DNA of 64,000 nt from assembly GCF_039654945.1 (NCBI RefSeq), contig NW_027361678.1:5704001-5768000 (forward strand), written 5' to 3'. Position numbers and translations under genes: made by a program. The stretch comes from Dendrobates tinctorius. Taxonomy: Eukaryota. Of this stretch, positions 61,892 through 64,000 are shown piece after piece. Numbering within the stretch: the first letter of the stretch is position 1; each line of letters opens with the position of its first letter. Under the pieces are notes generated by a model that saw nothing but the letters and a program-made list of their open reading frames with translations, was not told the DNA's origin and made no database searches.

Positions 61892-62325
61892 CCCTGCTAG
61901 ACTGATCACTGGACAGGGTTGTGGCGCTGCTTTACTCTGCGAAATAGGAGCGCAGAGGAGGGGGAGAACTCCCCACTGGGATCTACGTATTATGGTTAAT
62001 TGTTTGACTAATGGTTCGGGACTATGCATACTGTTGACAATATGGCGGAGAGGCTGCCAATGATGGAGGAGGACACGACGCATGTTGAAGTGCGGAATAC
62101 TGAGAAGTTGCTCAGGTTCTTTGAGCTCCCACTCTCACGTTGGGGAGAGAGTGACAACTGCAAAAGGGGAAGGGTAGGGGGAGGGGAAGCGGAGAGGGAT
62201 GGGGGGAGGTGGGTGGGGCGGATTTGTAGGGAGATGGGGGTTTTCATGCTGTTTGACCGGGTATGATTGGGACCACAATGTAATGATGTTACTTGATGAT
62301 GATGGATTGTTCTTTCTAATGCACA

Positions 62326-64000
62326 ATGAGTAACCGTACTGTTCGGATGTTAAGTTGGAATGTACGTGGTATATCTGATAAGGTTAAGAGGGCGGCTGTT
62401 CTGAATCATATCAAATCCTGTGAACCTATGATCGCGTGCTTGCAGGAGACACATCTCGCTAGAGACACTATGCACTGGTTGTCAAGAGCCTGGATGCTAA
62501 AGACATATCATTCTACTTATTCCTCGTACTCCAGGGGGGTGTCAGTCCTAATACACAAAAACACACATTATAAAGAGCTGGAAGTGCATGTAGACAGTGA
62601 AGGGCAGTATGTATGGATTGCTTGCAGATTGTTCGGACACAAAATGATTTTAGTGGCTTTATATATCCCTCCACCTTACTCTAAAAAGAAACTACAAGCA
62701 GTACTGGAACTGACGGGCAGATGGGGGAGACTCCATTGTTGATTATGGGAGATGTTAACAACACTATGAATGATTATTGGGATAAAGTACGACCGGCAGG
62801 TACGGAAGCTGGACAGGACAGGATGACTGCCCTTGGCAAGTATGTAGGGGAACTTGGGCTGGTAGATCTGTGGAGAGTACGAAATGAGGGTAAGAGGACT
62901 TTTTCATGTCACTCGGCAACACATGGAACACTGTCGAGGATAGACCTGGCTTTGGGGGATAACGCTATGGACGGGATGGTGGGGGAGGTGGAATATCTAC
63001 AGAGGACTCTCTCGGATCATGGTCCTATGGTGGTCACGCTTCTGGGGAGATCTGCTCAGGGTCAGAGGGGAGGTTGGCGTCTTCACCCGACGTGGCTTAA
63101 AGTGGTGGACATGGGTGGCATAACCAAAGAGCTAGAGCACTTCTTCCAAATGAACGAAGGGAGTACTGAGGCCACAACGGTATGGGATGCCATGAAGGCG
63201 TTTACGAGGGGACTTTTTATAAGTGAGATTGCGAGGTGTAAGACCAAAACTAAATTGGCAGATCAACAAATAAAGGATGACCTGACAAGAGCGGAGGCAG
63301 ACATGATTTTGGCGCCAACGAGTGAAGCTCACAATAGACTAAAATTGGCTCAGGAGGCAGTTGATAAACTGCACATGATGCAAGCTGAGAGGAAAAGGGC
63401 ATTTCAGCAAGCTCAATTCTTTGAAGAAGGAGAAAGAGTAGGTCACTTGTTGGCGGTGATATCTGCGGCACAAAGGGAGTCTTCCAGGGTGTATAAACTG
63501 AGAGATCAAACAGGGGTGACTCTGACAGACACAAAGGACATACTGGAGGTCTTCAAGGCATATTACATGGCACTGTACACTTCGAGAGCACGGGACACAG
63601 AGGGGGATGTGGAGAAATTTTTGGAAGGCATTTCACTACCTAAATTGTCTGAGGAAGATAGGTTGAGGTTGGAAGAACCTGTGTGTCTGGAGGAGGTGGA
63701 ATGTGTAATACTGTCTATGCCCAATAACAAATCACCGGGAGCTGATGGTCTACCTGGGGAGGTGTACAGGGAGTTAGTGGAACTTCTGGCTCCGAAATTG
63801 AAATCTGTGCTTGATGAGGCTTTAGTGACGGGGGCACTGCCGACATCAATGGAGGAAGCGGTGATAGTAGTTCTGCCGAAGGAGGGAAAAGATCCCATGG
63901 ATGCGGAGTCGTACAGGCCCATTTCGTTGTTGACAACGGATGTCAAAATACTCGCTAAGATCCTGGCCACCCGGCTCACTGGGGTTGCGCATACCATTAT
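62326..64000 (+). pseudogene. L1 ORF2p (APE endonuclease and start of RT); frameshift near 62720
   Basis: SWNVRG, CLQETHL, RGVSVL, GDVN, SRIDL, SDHGP, KSPGADG, YRPISLLTTDVKILAK. Confidence 0.93.

Larger units (their letters stand above)
60648..64000 (+). mobile_element. L1 LINE with intact 5' end (5' UTR, ORF1, spacer, ORF2 running off the window)
   Basis: Begins GGGGGCGGGGCC after an A-rich target; ORF1 and ORF2 motifs listed below. Confidence 0.95.

Overview
Non-genic, transposon-dense vertebrate DNA, most likely an anuran (frog) genome; this is inferred from the element types (T2/Kolobok-type MITE ends, hAT MITEs, L2 with GDISPNPGP, Tf1/sushi-type Gypsy elements). No host protein-coding gene, RNA gene or CRISPR array is supportable. 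Most of the window is a multi-layer nest of decayed elements: several Ty3/Gypsy families (one complete provirus at 7582-13507, one non-autonomous provirus at 36692-41130, solo LTRs and fragments), BEL/Pao fragments, L2 and L1 LINEs, three Tc1 copies, hAT/Harbinger/piggyBac-type MITEs, a non-autonomous Helitron and several minisatellites. A few AT-rich unique islands resemble conserved non-coding elements. Most notable: (i) a 3.6-kb foldback element with hAT termini and an 8-bp TSD, whose core is a near-perfect palindrome with a 1-nt spacer; (ii) direct sequence evidence of tRNA-independent self-priming in two Gypsy families, with the same primer motif downstream of TATA in other LTRs; (iii) L2 elements that appear to lack ORF1 and carry a hydrophobic leader plus a variant 2A/StopGo-like motif; (iv) a minimal Penelope-type hammerhead ribozyme with a U3-A8 core; (v) a Gypsy family that makes 6-bp TSDs. 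All coordinates were read by eye.
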